Positions 27,988-38,342 of a DNA stretch of 64,000 nt are shown here, piece after piece; the first letter of the stretch is position 1; every line of letters starts with the position of its first letter. The translations under genes were made by a program, and so were the position numbers. The notes beneath the pieces were generated by a model. It saw only the letters and a program-made list of their open reading frames with translations. It was not told where the DNA came from and made no database searches. The stretch spans positions 1,024,001 to 1,088,000 of the forward strand of contig CAVUZH010000003.1 of the NCBI GenBank assembly GCA_963745835.1. Reading direction: 5' to 3'. Origin of the DNA: an uncultured delta proteobacterium (lineage in GTDB: Bacteria > Desulfobacterota > Binatia > UBA9968).

Positions 27988-29607
27988 TTATGGGCCGTGA
28001 TGCGTTGCCAGGGGGCTTGTCTCGGCTAGTTGCATCATCTTACGTGCGAGTCTCTCCGTCAGTTCGTTACGATTTCTATAGGCATCCGAGACATTCCAGA
28101 GATTGTTCGACTCGTCTAGATCGTTGGCGAGGTCATACAGTTCGCCCCATTCCACCCCTTCATACAAGGTAAGTCGGTGTTTTTCCGTAATCAGACTTCG
28201 CGCCCGAAAATTATTCTCCAAACCCATGTAGCCGCGTCGCTGATGCTCTTCGATCAGGAGAGAGTCGTAGCCGGTAGCGCCTCCGTCCAGCGCGGGAAGC
28301 AAACTTCGTCCCTGTACCCCGTTGTATCCCGCCAAACCGGCGCGATCCAGGACAGTGCTAGCTATGTCGAGCGTGCCGCATAGGTAGGAATTCACAATGT
28401 TCTTTTTGACGGCACCCGGATCACGCCAGATAAATGGCACCCGAACCAGCCCACGATAGTGCAGCGCGCCCTTTAAAAGTAGCTGGTGATCGCCCATGAA
28501 GTCACCATGATCGCTAGTGAACACGATCACGGTATTTGACTCCAGGCCCAGCGCCACCAGCCGCGCAAATATTTTGCCGATCGAGTCATCGATCATCGTG
28601 ATCATGCCGTAAGTAAGGGCGATTGCCTCACGTGCCTCGCGCTCGCTGATCGCAAAAGTCCGTTGTCCCTCTCGATTGCTCTTGTTCAACTCTCGCTCCT
28701 CATAGAGTTGCTGTAGGTGCGGTGGGATCGGTCGTTCCCCTAAATTGAATGATGACGGCAATGAGATTGATTGAGGATCATACATATCCCAATATTTGCC
28801 CGGCGGTGTGAATGGATGATGCGGATCGGGAAATGAACACTGAATGAAAAATGGCTGACTCTGAATTGAACGCGAATATGTCTCCAAGTAATCGATGGTG
28901 CGTTCCGCGACAAAAGTGGTTGGATAGAGTTCTTCCGGCATTCTCGTGCGCCAAGCCTGCGGCGCGATATAATCGTTTCCGGGCAGCTGATTCTTGGCTC
29001 CGCGCAAGGAGTCGGAATGCGAATGCCGTGCTCTGAGCCATCGTTCATAATGTCCGACCGCCTTGTCACCGTGCCCAATAGCCAGTTCCAAATGGTTGAA
29101 ACCGTAATAGGGGATTGTCGGTTCAAACTCAGGCTCTCGCTCCCATGTCGATGGTAGTTCCTGATCGTAGCGACCTTGTTCGTTGATCGACTTAACGGCT
29201 TCACGCAAATGTTCGTGTGGCGCAATGCGGTTCAAGTTCGATTGCGGCATGCCTACGACCGGAGGAGTGCCGTTAATGCTCTGTAGGTGAGACTTTCCAA
29301 CAAGCACCGTGTCGTAGCCGGCAGCGCGCAGAATGTCGACAAACGTCGTCGCCGTCAGTGAAAGTGGAATGCCATTCTGACGCGCACCGTGCAGCGACGG
29401 CATGCGACCGGTCATGAGCGTGGCTCGATTCGGCATGCAAATCGGTGTTGCCACGTAGAAGCGATCGAAACGCGTGCCTGCCGCCGCCAATCCATCGATG
29501 TTGGGAGTCTGAACCACGGAATTCCCATAACAACCTAGATGATCGGCTCGTTGCTGGTCAGTGATGATCAAGAGAAAATTGGGGTGCTTAGTCATGGGCA
29601 TTACCAT
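27988..29607 (-). CDS. Formylglycine-dependent sulfatase
   Basis: PNFLLIITDQQR, CMPNRATLMTG (CxPxR), FPDPHHP, TSDHGD motifs. Confidence 0.93.
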   Translation of the reverse strand: MVMPMTKHPNFLLIITDQQRADHLGCYGNSVVQTPNIDGLAAAGTRFDRFYVATPICMPNRATLMTGRMPSLHGARQNGIPLSLTATTFVDILRAAGYDTVLVGKSHLQSINGTPPVVGMPQSNLNRIAPHEHLREAVKSINEQGRYDQELPSTWEREPEFEPTIPYYGFNHLELAIGHGDKAVGHYERWLRARHSHSDSLRGAKNQLPGNDYIAPQAWRTRMPEELYPTTFVAERTIDYLETYSRSIQSQPFFIQCSFPDPHHPFTPPGKYWDMYDPQSISLPSSFNLGERPIPPHLQQLYEERELNKSNREGQRTFAISEREAREAIALTYGMITMIDDSIGKIFARLVALGLESNTVIVFTSDHGDFMGDHQLLLKGALHYRGLVRVPFIWRDPGAVKKNIVNSYLCGTLDIASTVLDRAGLAGYNGVQGRSLLPALDGGATGYDSLLIEEHQRRGYMGLENNFRARSLITEKHRLTLYEGVEWGELYDLANDLDESNNLWNVSDAYRNRNELTERLARKMMQLAETSPLATHHGP

Positions 29608-30609
29608 CCTTTAGATATCTAATTATCACACGAGCGACTGGCTAGGAATGTCTTTTGTGACGATTGCAGCTAAGTGGAAGGAGTAGATAAAACTCGAGGT
29701 AGCCGGCATCAAGAACCCGATGTGTTAGAGACGCAAGCGATGCCAACGAACGTTAGAGTACGACCGGTAGTATTGCTTGACTTACTTAATTCCGGACTGC
29801 GTACTTGCTCAAACCGAATGCCGGACAGTAAAGTATCGTAAAGGCTTCCTTGTCCCACGACTCACGACTCGACGCGGAATGATAATCTGCGTCGAGCAAC
29901 TCAGTATTGGCGGCAGCATCTTCAGCCGCGGTTAAGATCAGCCGCCAGCTAGGGCATGACCGAAGGCGAGTTTCAAAGACCTGCTGAGTGTTGCGGATTA
30001 ATCGAAGGCCAAAGGACGCTCGGTCGAAGACATGAAGAAGCACGGCATCATTGAGTCAATCGGAGACAGAAAATATGTCGTTAAGGTGGACACGGTTATG
30101 TGCAGAGCGAGAGCGGCCCGTTTTTCTTAGACCCTAGCGCCATCGGCAATAGAGCGAAAGCGCACGTCGTGCGCGAGTGGTGAAAAACTTAGAAGACAAG
30201 CCACAGCAGCAGTGTCGATGTTACGCCAACAATGCTTGCAATCATTATGAGTGAGTCTTCTACCATGTTGTACCTCCATGTTGATTGAACGGTGTGACTG
30301 AAAAATGTCGAGCAACGAGGCCAGGTCTCAGGAAGACGAGCAACACAGCAAACACCACGAATACATCGAGATCGTAATTGGACCAGAAGCCTCGTAACTT
30401 ACGCATAGCACCAAGTTCTTACCGCAATAATGAGACCGAACCGAAATGTTTCGAAACTTCCTTTGAAGTACACTTATGAGCATCTTTGACGACGGCTATC
30501 ACCAGGCAATTTTGGACGCGGCACGCCAACCGATAGACAAACCGCCCGCTGGATTGTTGGAAGGCTTTTGCGCCAGCGATGACACCACGGGCAGAAGGTT
30601 TGAGCATAG

Positions 30610-30945
30610 CGAGCGGCAGAACAACGAAACCACGAGCAGCGCTACCATCATTCACTTAAAGCCGCACATCAGCCTCATCCTGCGCAGATCAAACCGCTGC
30701 ACGCCAAAGAAGACTCGCCGGTGTTTGTGAATAAGCTCGGCGAGAGGATCACGCCTAATCAGTTTTCGAAAGAAACAATGGTACCGAGCCCTGACCAGTC
30801 TGAAGATACGCCCATGGGACTGCTACTTAACCAAAGACACCCTGATCTCGCTCGGTAGTACTGCCCGTGAGAACACTACAAGGTGGCGCAAGAAGCTGAC
30901 ATCTCAATGAGCACTCTAGAGGCAATTACAACACATTCCTCGATA
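30610..30945 (+). pseudogene. Decayed tyrosine-integrase C-terminal fragment facing the tRNA-Glu 3' end
   Basis: Frame-hopping translation: IKPLHAKEDSPVFVNKLGERITPNQFSK / QWYRALTSLKIRPWDCYLTKDTLISL / AQEADISMSTLE / NYNTFL, resembling integrase box II and the catalytic Tyr region. Confidence 0.55.
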
Positions 30946-31030
30946 AAGCGATCTCCAGAAAAAAGTGCAACGGGAAGTGCGACAGAATCAGCCGAAAAAC
31001 AGAAAGCGTAATGGTTCCAGAGACGTGTCA

Positions 31031-31108
<78 letters not shown>

Positions 31109-31112
31109 GTAC

Positions 31113-31188
31113 TGGTGAGCCGTGCTGGATTCGAACCAGCGACCCTCTGCTTAAAAGGCAGATGCTCTACCGCCTGAGCTAACGGCTC
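31113..31188 (-). tRNA. tRNA-Lys(TTT)
   Basis: GAGCCGTTAGCTCAG...CTGCCTTTTAAGCAG...GGTTCGAATCCAGCACGGCTCACCA. Confidence 0.96.
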
Positions 31189-31334
31189 GCTGGCGGGCAA
31201 ACTCGTTACTTCATAGCGATATTATCTCACTAAGTCAATGAACTCAGAGGGAACAAACAACTTTTGCGGATTCGCAAAGAGAAGAAGTCGAAAATTGTCC
31301 TCCTGGAAGCACAACCCAAATCGATCTGCTTTTT

Positions 31335-31622
31335 CTAGCGTGGTGCTTGTTCGGTGATAGCCGGTGTGCTCTTAGCAGCAGAGGACGGCGGAACAAACGA
31401 GTCATTGACACGAACAAATCCATGAGCTTCAAGCTGTCTTGCGCAGCTTTCTACGATGCCCGCGAGCATCTGAGTATCTTTAGCAGCTGATTCACGAGCG
31501 ACGCACTTACGCAGGGTGTTTGTCTTAGGATGATAAAGGCTGATCGATAGTGGATTAGTTGCCCCACATCCGGAAAGAGATTCGATGCTGATCAGAAGCG
31601 CAATGATTGATATTGTTCGCAT
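31335..31622 (-). CDS. Small hypothetical lipoprotein
   Basis: From the ATG at 31622: MRTISIIALLISIESLSGC (lipobox), plus two further Cys. The longer ORF call overlaps tRNA-Arg and is spurious at its N-terminus. Confidence 0.65.
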   Translation of the reverse strand: MRTISIIALLISIESLSGCGATNPLSISLYHPKTNTLRKCVARESAAKDTQMLAGIVESCARQLEAHGFVRVNDSFVPPSSAAKSTPAITEQAPR

Positions 31623-31679
31623 AAGCTGGTTGAAAATGATAACAGAACAGAAGGCAAATAGGTAAAAATACTCCGTTAC

Positions 31680-31753
31680 GCCCCCGTAGCTCAGTAGGAT
31701 AGAGCACAGGATTCCTAATCCTGGGGCCGTGAGTTCGAATCTCGCCGGGGGCA
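31680..31753 (+). tRNA. tRNA-Arg(CCT), CCA not encoded
   Basis: GCCCCCGTAGCTCAGTAGGATAGAGCA-CAGGATTCCTAATCCTG-...GAGTTCGAATCTCGCCGGGGGCA. Confidence 0.95.
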
Positions 31754-31842
31754 CTTTAAATCAACCACTTACAAAACCTTTCTCAAAATCCGCTTTAATC
31801 AAAATCGCCTCCAAGTGAACAAATAGTGAACAGGATTGTCAA

Positions 31843-32850
31843 TCACTTTGAGCTTGCCAGTTCTATGCTCTTCTCACTTCCGTAAACCGCTGCTGTAAAG
31901 ACATTAGTTGAGTTCCGAGTTCGTTGAGCTGGATCGAAATGGCAGTAGACCCGGAGAGTCATTTCAAAAGAGCTGTGTCCTAGTAGTCCTAACAGTTCAA
32001 TTGCCGGTGTTCCGTGGCTTAGATGAATGGTGGCAAAAGTGTGTCTGAGATCGTGAACCTGGATGATCTTGAGATCTGCCTTCCTCATGGCTGCATTGGA
32101 GATATTCCAGGTCGATTTACGGTGTAAGGGCTTACTATCAGCCTGGCAGAAAACCAGCTTCCAGGGCGCTTTGGGGCTTGCCAGCTTCCATTTTCGTAAC
32201 TGATGAACCAACTCAGCAGAGATCGGGATGAACCGCCGAGAGCTTTTCGTCTTCGGCTTTTCTATAATGGGTGATCCATCTTCCTTGATACCTGAGAGGC
32301 TCTGTCCAACGAAGATCTCTTCCTTCTCGAAATTGATGTGTGACCCATTTCAGGCCAAGCAGCTCGCCATGTCTCAGGCCGGTGAAGCATAAGCTCTGAA
32401 GGATGGTCTTCTCTAAGAGTCCATCGGCGGCATCAATTAACCTCCTGACATTCTCTGGGCTGTAAACCTGGGAAGGGCTTACAACTCCATCCTCTTTATC
32501 GAGCGGCTGCTTTACTGCCAGTCCGCTGACCTGAGCGAACGGGTTTGAATGGATCGACCGCCCGACCAAGTGGTCCGCCAATACTCCAGGGTGCTCACCT
32601 TTCGCTCACCGCCACGCTTGCTCTCAGCAACCTTCTTCTCTTCGAACCAGGTTTTGCAGGCTTCGTTGACAGGTGGAACCTTGGCCGGTGCAACATAAGC
32701 TTTGTTTCGAACAGCACAGGCGGACTTCGTCAAGGAACTTATCTGCATCCTTGTTTCTCTCAAAGGATTGTCGGCGAAGCTTCTTGTCTTGGTCTCGGAA
32801 CAATACTTGCCATTTTGCCGGATGGTAGTTGTTTTGGATTCATCGAAATC
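31843..32850 (-). pseudogene. Tyrosine recombinase/integrase, frameshifted
   Basis: FTGLRHGELLGLKW (32213..32581) and HDLRHTFAT...LGHSSFEMTLRVY (31843..32211) in different frames; N-terminal part lies in 32512..33006. Confidence 0.85.
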
Positions 32851-32879
32851 TTTCCCTTCACTAATATATATCAAACTCC

Positions 32880-33026
32880 AATTTTTTAGCGAGCCTTTTT
32901 TCTTACGTTCCAAGAACTGATCGATTGCTCGCCTGATCAATTCTGCAACACTCAAATCTTCCTTCTTTGAAAGCCTTTTCAGATCTTCAATCTGCCGATC
33001 ACTCAAGAAAATATTTGTTCGCTCAT
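32880..33026 (-). CDS. CopG/ribbon-helix-helix DNA-binding protein (start disrupted)
   Basis: RTNIFLSDRQIEDLKRLSKKEDLSVAELIRRAIDQFL; the ORF track fuses it to the integrase N-terminus. Confidence 0.75.
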
Positions 33027-33299
33027 TTCATCTCGTTTCTTACAGCGTGTGTCGACCATACGCACCGCAAGGCATAGAAGTCCACATGATACGAATGGAA
33101 GTTTATCTTAAGGGCTGAAGATAAATCTGATGACTACATATAGATCTCCCAGGAAAACAACTCCGACTACTACATAATGTGGTCGACAAAAAGAGGCGCA
33201 TTTTGTTGCACAGTTTGCTCGTTAAATCAATTACTTGTATTTACTTTCTTCTATTTTCAATACATTATCGATTTCGTGGAGATAGAGAATTCAAATCCA

Positions 33300-33488
33300 A
33301 TGGTCGTAATGTTTCGACCTATCATAGAGTCTCTCAGAGATGAGATTCTTGCAGGACTACGAGTACCTGCCAGTGAGCCAGCTCTGTCAGTTGAACAGAT
33401 CGCGGCGAGGCTTAACGTCGATTCACAACATATATACCGGTTGGTTAGATTTAGAAGACTTCGCTTTCATCGAAATCGAAAATTCTAA
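33300..33488 (+). CDS. Excisionase-like helix-turn-helix protein
   Basis: ALSVEQIAARLNVDSQHIYRLVR, an Xis/MerR-type HTH pattern; divergent from the integrase. Confidence 0.6.
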   Translation: MVVMFRPIIESLRDEILAGLRVPASEPALSVEQIAARLNVDSQHIYRLVRFRRLRFHRNRKF

Positions 33489-33606
33489 AATTCTACGAGT
33501 CGAAAGTGAGGGCGGCTACGAGACAGTAAATGAATGTGTCTTTTTTGAGTAGAACATTTGGAATTGCTAAATACTTCGAGATACTACTTCAAAGGAGAAC
33601 ATTTTA

Positions 33607-33911
33607 TGCGAAACAACATAGCACGGAGAAGGGACCCGCTGAGCAGTCACCTTGCCGCTGATGCCATCACCAAGTCAAATGTTAGATACACTCAAAGGAA
33701 AATGATCCTGGCTGTTCTGTGCAATGCCGGTGGCTATACCAGCGCGGAGCTGGCAAGGATGTGTGGCGAGGATGGATATATATTTGCACGGCGGTAGCCA
33801 GAATTGCGGAGAGAGAAGCTGGCACGGAGTGATCTCGAAAGAATGTGTCGACTTAGCGGGCGCATAGCATTGGGCTGGTATATAGAACCAAAAGCGTCAT
33901 TCGGCGGTTAG
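33607..33911 (+). pseudogene. Phage-type winged-helix protein with internal TAG
   Basis: MRNNIARRRDPLSSHLAA...YTSAELARMC...IFARR*PELRREKLA...CRLSGR; the pattern continues past the stop at 33795-33797. Confidence 0.55.
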
Positions 33912-34243
33912 AGATTAACCATCAACGAGAGAGGAGAATTTCAATGCGCGACTTAACCGTAAACGAACTGAACACTTTCAGGACTATCAATTTGGGCACT
34001 TTACAAAGCAGTCCAACAATTTCGTGTTCCTCCCGTAAGGCGAGGTAAGAGAATATACTTCCAGGTTGCTGAAATCGCGACGCTTATTAAGGGCCGGCGA
34101 AACGCTTGAAGGAGATAATTTAGTTTTCTCGTGGGGTGGTTGAGATGGGAGATCGGTCCAGGTCCCGGATCGGTCGCCCGTCGCGTAAAACAATAATTCA
34201 AAAAAACATGGCTGAAGTTTAGATTTTGGTACTAAATAGTTTC

Positions 34244-34432
34244 ATGGAACCGAAAAGAAATTGCAGAAACTGCGGCGGAGAACACGAGATCTTCTATTTC
34301 GTGATGAGAAATAATCTGCATCACCTTGTGTTGATTTGCCAGTCTAGTTGGATCTACCTGCCATGTGAAGATGGTCTGGATATTCCAACACTGTTTGCCA
34401 AAAACTACAAACTAGAGAACGAAAACGTTTAA
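34244..34432 (+). CDS. Small hypothetical Cys-rich (Zn-ribbon-like) protein
   Basis: MEPKRNCRNCGGEH...HHLVLIC. Confidence 0.4.
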   Translation: MEPKRNCRNCGGEHEIFYFVMRNNLHHLVLICQSSWIYLPCEDGLDIPTLFAKNYKLENENV

Positions 34433-34742
34433 TTTATTGAGTTTGTAAATGAAGCTAAATAATCAGGGCACCGGTGATATTATGCGCGCAAGAAATTATC
34501 TTTCTGCCCCGGAGGGTGGGGTTGGCCTGGTAACCCAACCCCCGTAAGGACCGGCCGCCCTCCGCGCGAAGTATCCTCGGAGTTACTGTGGTGGGATTCA
34601 GGATGCGCTGACACCCCGCCTACTCGTCCAGCAGCTTCTGCTTGAACTCCGCATCCGTGATGACGCCATTCTCTATCAGCAGCTTTGCCAATGCCTCAAT
34701 ATCGCTAGAGTGAACAACCTGTGCCGATGTTTCAGTGTTTGT

Positions 34743-35783
34743 TCATATGTCTGATCCAATTTCAAGGTCATGAACGTGTTCGCCAAGCGATTTTCGGAGT
34801 GTCTTAATAAGGTGGCTTGTGCGGATTTGCTTACCCGCAAGAGTCAGGTGGTACTCGTGATCGAACATGTAATCTGCCGTAAAGCTCATTTCATCCGGCG
34901 TATCTAAAATAGGGAAATGGAGCCGTTTAGTGAGATGTAAAGAAATGTCATGAATCATTTCTGTGTAAGCTTGCAACTGTCCTAGAAAAAGCGGGGGATA
35001 GGAATAAAAAACTAAAATCCCCGCGTTTCGACAGTGGTCGTTAAATTCGTTCAGGCGATCAATCGTTCGAGCAATACTCTCCGGAGTGGGCGGGGTAAAT
35101 TGTCTGATAGTAATTTCTCTGCGTCTCAGGTTGTGGTGTCGGGTGATATCGCCGTACTTATTGAATGCACTACGTAGATATGGATTGTTTAGCTCTTGCT
35201 CGCTGCTCACACCCTCAATTACAAAACGTATGGCAGCTCTTGTGATATCACCGAACACCAACAAACCTTGATCTAATAACAGTGCAAAGTGTCTATAACT
35301 GAAAAACTGAATTGACGTCGGATAATTTGCTGCCTCGAAAAATAAACTAGTTACCTTGCCCGGATACATATCAACGAATTGTTCATATTCGGGAGAAACA
35401 ACGACAACATCTCCCCGTTCGAGCAATGGTTCAATCTCTCGTAGCATGAAGTCCAGACCCAGGCTTAAGTCCAATCCCATGTTTACTGTATTATAGCCTA
35501 AGGATCGCTCAATCGCCGCGGAGTCGAGCCCGAACGCTAGATTGGAACCGCCGACAAACACAATACGAGGAGAAGGCTGCTGTGCAAGCCTATTGTGTTT
35601 ATCGATTGTAGCTGCGGCATATCTTTTGCCAAATCCAGCCGGGTTTGTGGTTTCGTATCTGACGTATAGAGCCACTACTCCTGTCCAGATAACGCCTTGG
35701 ACAAGCATGAAGAGCAGCATTTTTCGAGCAAATAATTGCATGTCCGGCACGCGAGGGTTAGTCATAGGACAAGACTTCTGCAA
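34743..35783 (-). CDS. SGNH-like (AlgJ/DltD-type) periplasmic acyltransferase partner
   Basis: N-terminal TM anchor, IVFVGGSN (GxS block) and C-terminal FDHEYHLT (DxxH-like); directly follows the MBOAT gene. Confidence 0.7.
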   Translation of the reverse strand: MQKSCPMTNPRVPDMQLFARKMLLFMLVQGVIWTGVVALYVRYETTNPAGFGKRYAAATIDKHNRLAQQPSPRIVFVGGSNLAFGLDSAAIERSLGYNTVNMGLDLSLGLDFMLREIEPLLERGDVVVVSPEYEQFVDMYPGKVTSLFFEAANYPTSIQFFSYRHFALLLDQGLLVFGDITRAAIRFVIEGVSSEQELNNPYLRSAFNKYGDITRHHNLRRREITIRQFTPPTPESIARTIDRLNEFNDHCRNAGILVFYSYPPLFLGQLQAYTEMIHDISLHLTKRLHFPILDTPDEMSFTADYMFDHEYHLTLAGKQIRTSHLIKTLRKSLGEHVHDLEIGSDI

Positions 35784-37247
35784 TCAGAATTGAAAGTAGA
35801 TAAACTGTACCGGGCTATGTGTCCCCCAATAAATCACCGCCCAAAACAAGCCGGTATAGGCGATCCATCGGGCCGACACAGGGCACCCGCTTAGCCTCAG
35901 TGGATGAGGATGCGCTCTTTGCCACCACTCCATGCATAGTACAGCAGCCAGGATGAGAAACACTTTGCCCCCGATGGGAGAAATACCGCGGAGAACATTC
36001 GCAGAGCCGTAGGTTGAAAGATTGAAGGTGTCGACCGCTATTTTCCTAAAAATGGTAAGCGCTTCTTGAAGGCTATGGGCACGGAAAAAAATCCATAGTG
36101 CACAAGTCAGAGTAAAAGTTCTAAAGATCCGTAGCAATGTGACAAACCTAGGCAGACGACGGCCTCCTCCGGGAATTTCCGTCGCTCTAAGGGTAGTCTT
36201 GGTTGGTTGCAATGCTTCGGGAATCAGCGTGATACCGTTCAGCCCGCCCCAGAGAAGGAAATTCCAAGCTGCCCCGTGCCAAAATCCACTCAGTAAAAAG
36301 GTGGTTAGAACATTCCTAGCTCGGCAAAAAGGGGAGACACGCCCTCCTCCCATCGAGATGTACACGTAGTCGCGAAACCAAGTTGAAAGCGAGATATGCC
36401 ATCTGCGCCAGAACTCGCTCATCGTTTGAGAGAAGTATGGGTAAGCAAAATTGCGCATGAGATCGAAGCCAAAGAGCTTAGCCGTCCCAATGGCAATGTC
36501 AGAATATGCAGAAAAATCACAATAGATTTGGAATGCAAAACAGACGGTTGCGGCCGCGAGTTGCGGCCCTGTCATCGACGCTGGATCAGCATATATCTTG
36601 TCGACGATTGCGGCGAGATTGTCTGCCAGAACCATTTTTTTAAAGAACCCCCAGAGGATTTGTTGACACCCGTCAACTGCCTGCGAATAAACAAATCGTC
36701 TCGGTACCAGAAACTGCGGCAGTAGATGAGCAGCGCGCATAATAGGCCCTGCTACAAGGTGCGGGAAAAATGAGATGAACGCCAAGTATTCGATCGGATG
36801 GCGAGTGGGAACCATCTTGCCGCGATAGATGTCAATGGTGTAGCTCATCGCCTGAAAAGTGTAGAAGCTGATTCCTGCGGGCAGCAGGATCCGCAGCGTC
36901 ACCGGGTGCACCTGCCATCCTAAGGAGGCTGCAAGGACTTGAAAGTTATCTTCGAAGAAATTGAAGTACTTGAAAAACCCGAGCACACCCAGATTGCAGG
37001 CGATATTCAGAATCAGTAGACAACGGCGCCGCCGAAGCTCTGTTGTTCGATATATCAATAAGCCAACGCCATAATCCAAAATGCTGGTGCCAAACATGAG
37101 TATGCAGAATCGGTAATCCCACCATCCGTAAAAAAAGTAACTGACACAAAGCAACAAAACATTTTGGTGAAAGCGGCTCTTAAAACTCCAATATGCAATA
37201 AATACGAAACCGAGGAAGATAACGAAGGTGAGGCTAGTAAACGTCAT
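35784..37247 (-). CDS. MBOAT O-acyltransferase (AlgI/DltB family)
   Basis: LPAGISFYTFQ, FFPHLVAGPI, QIYCDFSAYSD, EFWRRWHISLSTWFRDY, SGFWHGA, FIYFQF. Confidence 0.95.
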   Translation of the reverse strand: MTFTSLTFVIFLGFVFIAYWSFKSRFHQNVLLLCVSYFFYGWWDYRFCILMFGTSILDYGVGLLIYRTTELRRRRCLLILNIACNLGVLGFFKYFNFFEDNFQVLAASLGWQVHPVTLRILLPAGISFYTFQAMSYTIDIYRGKMVPTRHPIEYLAFISFFPHLVAGPIMRAAHLLPQFLVPRRFVYSQAVDGCQQILWGFFKKMVLADNLAAIVDKIYADPASMTGPQLAAATVCFAFQIYCDFSAYSDIAIGTAKLFGFDLMRNFAYPYFSQTMSEFWRRWHISLSTWFRDYVYISMGGGRVSPFCRARNVLTTFLLSGFWHGAAWNFLLWGGLNGITLIPEALQPTKTTLRATEIPGGGRRLPRFVTLLRIFRTFTLTCALWIFFRAHSLQEALTIFRKIAVDTFNLSTYGSANVLRGISPIGGKVFLILAAVLCMEWWQRAHPHPLRLSGCPVSARWIAYTGLFWAVIYWGTHSPVQFIYFQF

Positions 37248-37783
37248 AGACGCTTTCCTAAACGTTCCAGCAGTTTACTTCATGCAAAGATGTTCAAGGA
37301 ACTGTCCTTCTTGAGAGCACACTGTAGCACGCGTGAAAAAAAGCGCCGGATCACCCGACGCCCTCCGCACCCCAGCCCCAACTAGTACCATCATCTGATT
37401 GCCTCCGTGGTATAAAAAGGACAGCAATCGTAGCACAATAATTGTCCTGGTCAAGGACCAAGGGGCCGAACCTTTCGATCCGAGCCTTCAGGGATTGGGC
37501 GTCGCCACGCAGTGTCTTTGACCGGGCTGGCAAAAGATTGTATTTACCCGCCGCAACAAGGGCGCGTTAGTAGCATAGTAGGTATGGTGATCGGCACGTA
37601 CTTGTTTGGCATGCTGGAAGCTGCGAACAAGATCCGCGCGCTCAACCGATGTTAGTAGGCAATAGTGTTGATCGTGCACACGCGAGCCGCATTTTTCATG
37701 GAGCGGGTGAAAGGAAATATTATCGCTATGTGTCGCGGTATGGATACGGACCGGGAGCAGACGGAAAGCAAGCTGCTTTGATG

Positions 37784-38342
37784 CTATGTGCTACTTCCCT
37801 TTCGTTGCTTATAGAAATGCACCCACATGTCGTATATTTCCACCAATGTAAGTGTTTCAAGTTTCTGCGTGCCGACCGATCCAGTATAAGAAACCCTCAA
37901 TGTCTCACCAGTTCTAGAGATTTTCTGTAGCTCGCACTTCTTTTGATCAACGTACCAGCCCACGGTCCGTAAGACCTGTGGTAAGCTATGAGACAGTGGG
38001 CTGCGCTCCCAATCTGATCGAAGCGCCTGCCCCTCTCGTTCGAGTTTATCGATGTCGGCTTGCGTAAAGTCCAGCCGCAGTAGGCGAGAAGGGGCGGGGA
38101 CTTTTACGGCGGGCGTTGCGGATTGCGCGGCTGTTGACATCTTGCAGATGTCTAGGAAGGCTTTCTTAAACGCTTGCAGCTTTGTAACGGGCAACTTCTT
38201 CAGATTTTTTTCGCGTCGGAATCCCTCGAATTGAAAAAGCATTTCCAGCTACTTCTAAATCGAACGCTTCCAACGATAGCGACTCAAGGCCCTGTCCTAT
38301 AGCTCTAAGAGTGTGCTCATAACAAATCGCAGACTGCCTCAT
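37784..38342 (-). CDS. Hypothetical protein (paralog of 23639..24124), frameshift near 38215
   Basis: MRQSAICYEHTLRAIGQGLE... joined to ...DIDKLEREG...SLPQVLRTVGWYVD. Confidence 0.7.

Larger units (their letters stand above)
31754..34750. mobile_element. Decayed tRNA-Arg-integrated element (phage/satellite-like remnant)
   Basis: Integrase facing the tRNA 3' end, RHH gene, excisionase-like HTH, small phage-type ORFs with stops, AT-richer DNA. Right boundary uncertain; no attR copy found by eye. Confidence 0.7.

Noticed and set aside
33795-33797. In-frame TAG in the phage-type winged-helix gene as pyrrolysine or amber recoding
   Set aside because: It lies in a decayed element with other stops and frameshifts, TAG is used as a normal stop elsewhere (sucC, lepA), and no pyl genes are visible.
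34465-34495. TTATGCGCGCA as a second dif-like site
   Set aside because: It only resembles a XerC arm; there is no XerD arm at 6-bp spacing.
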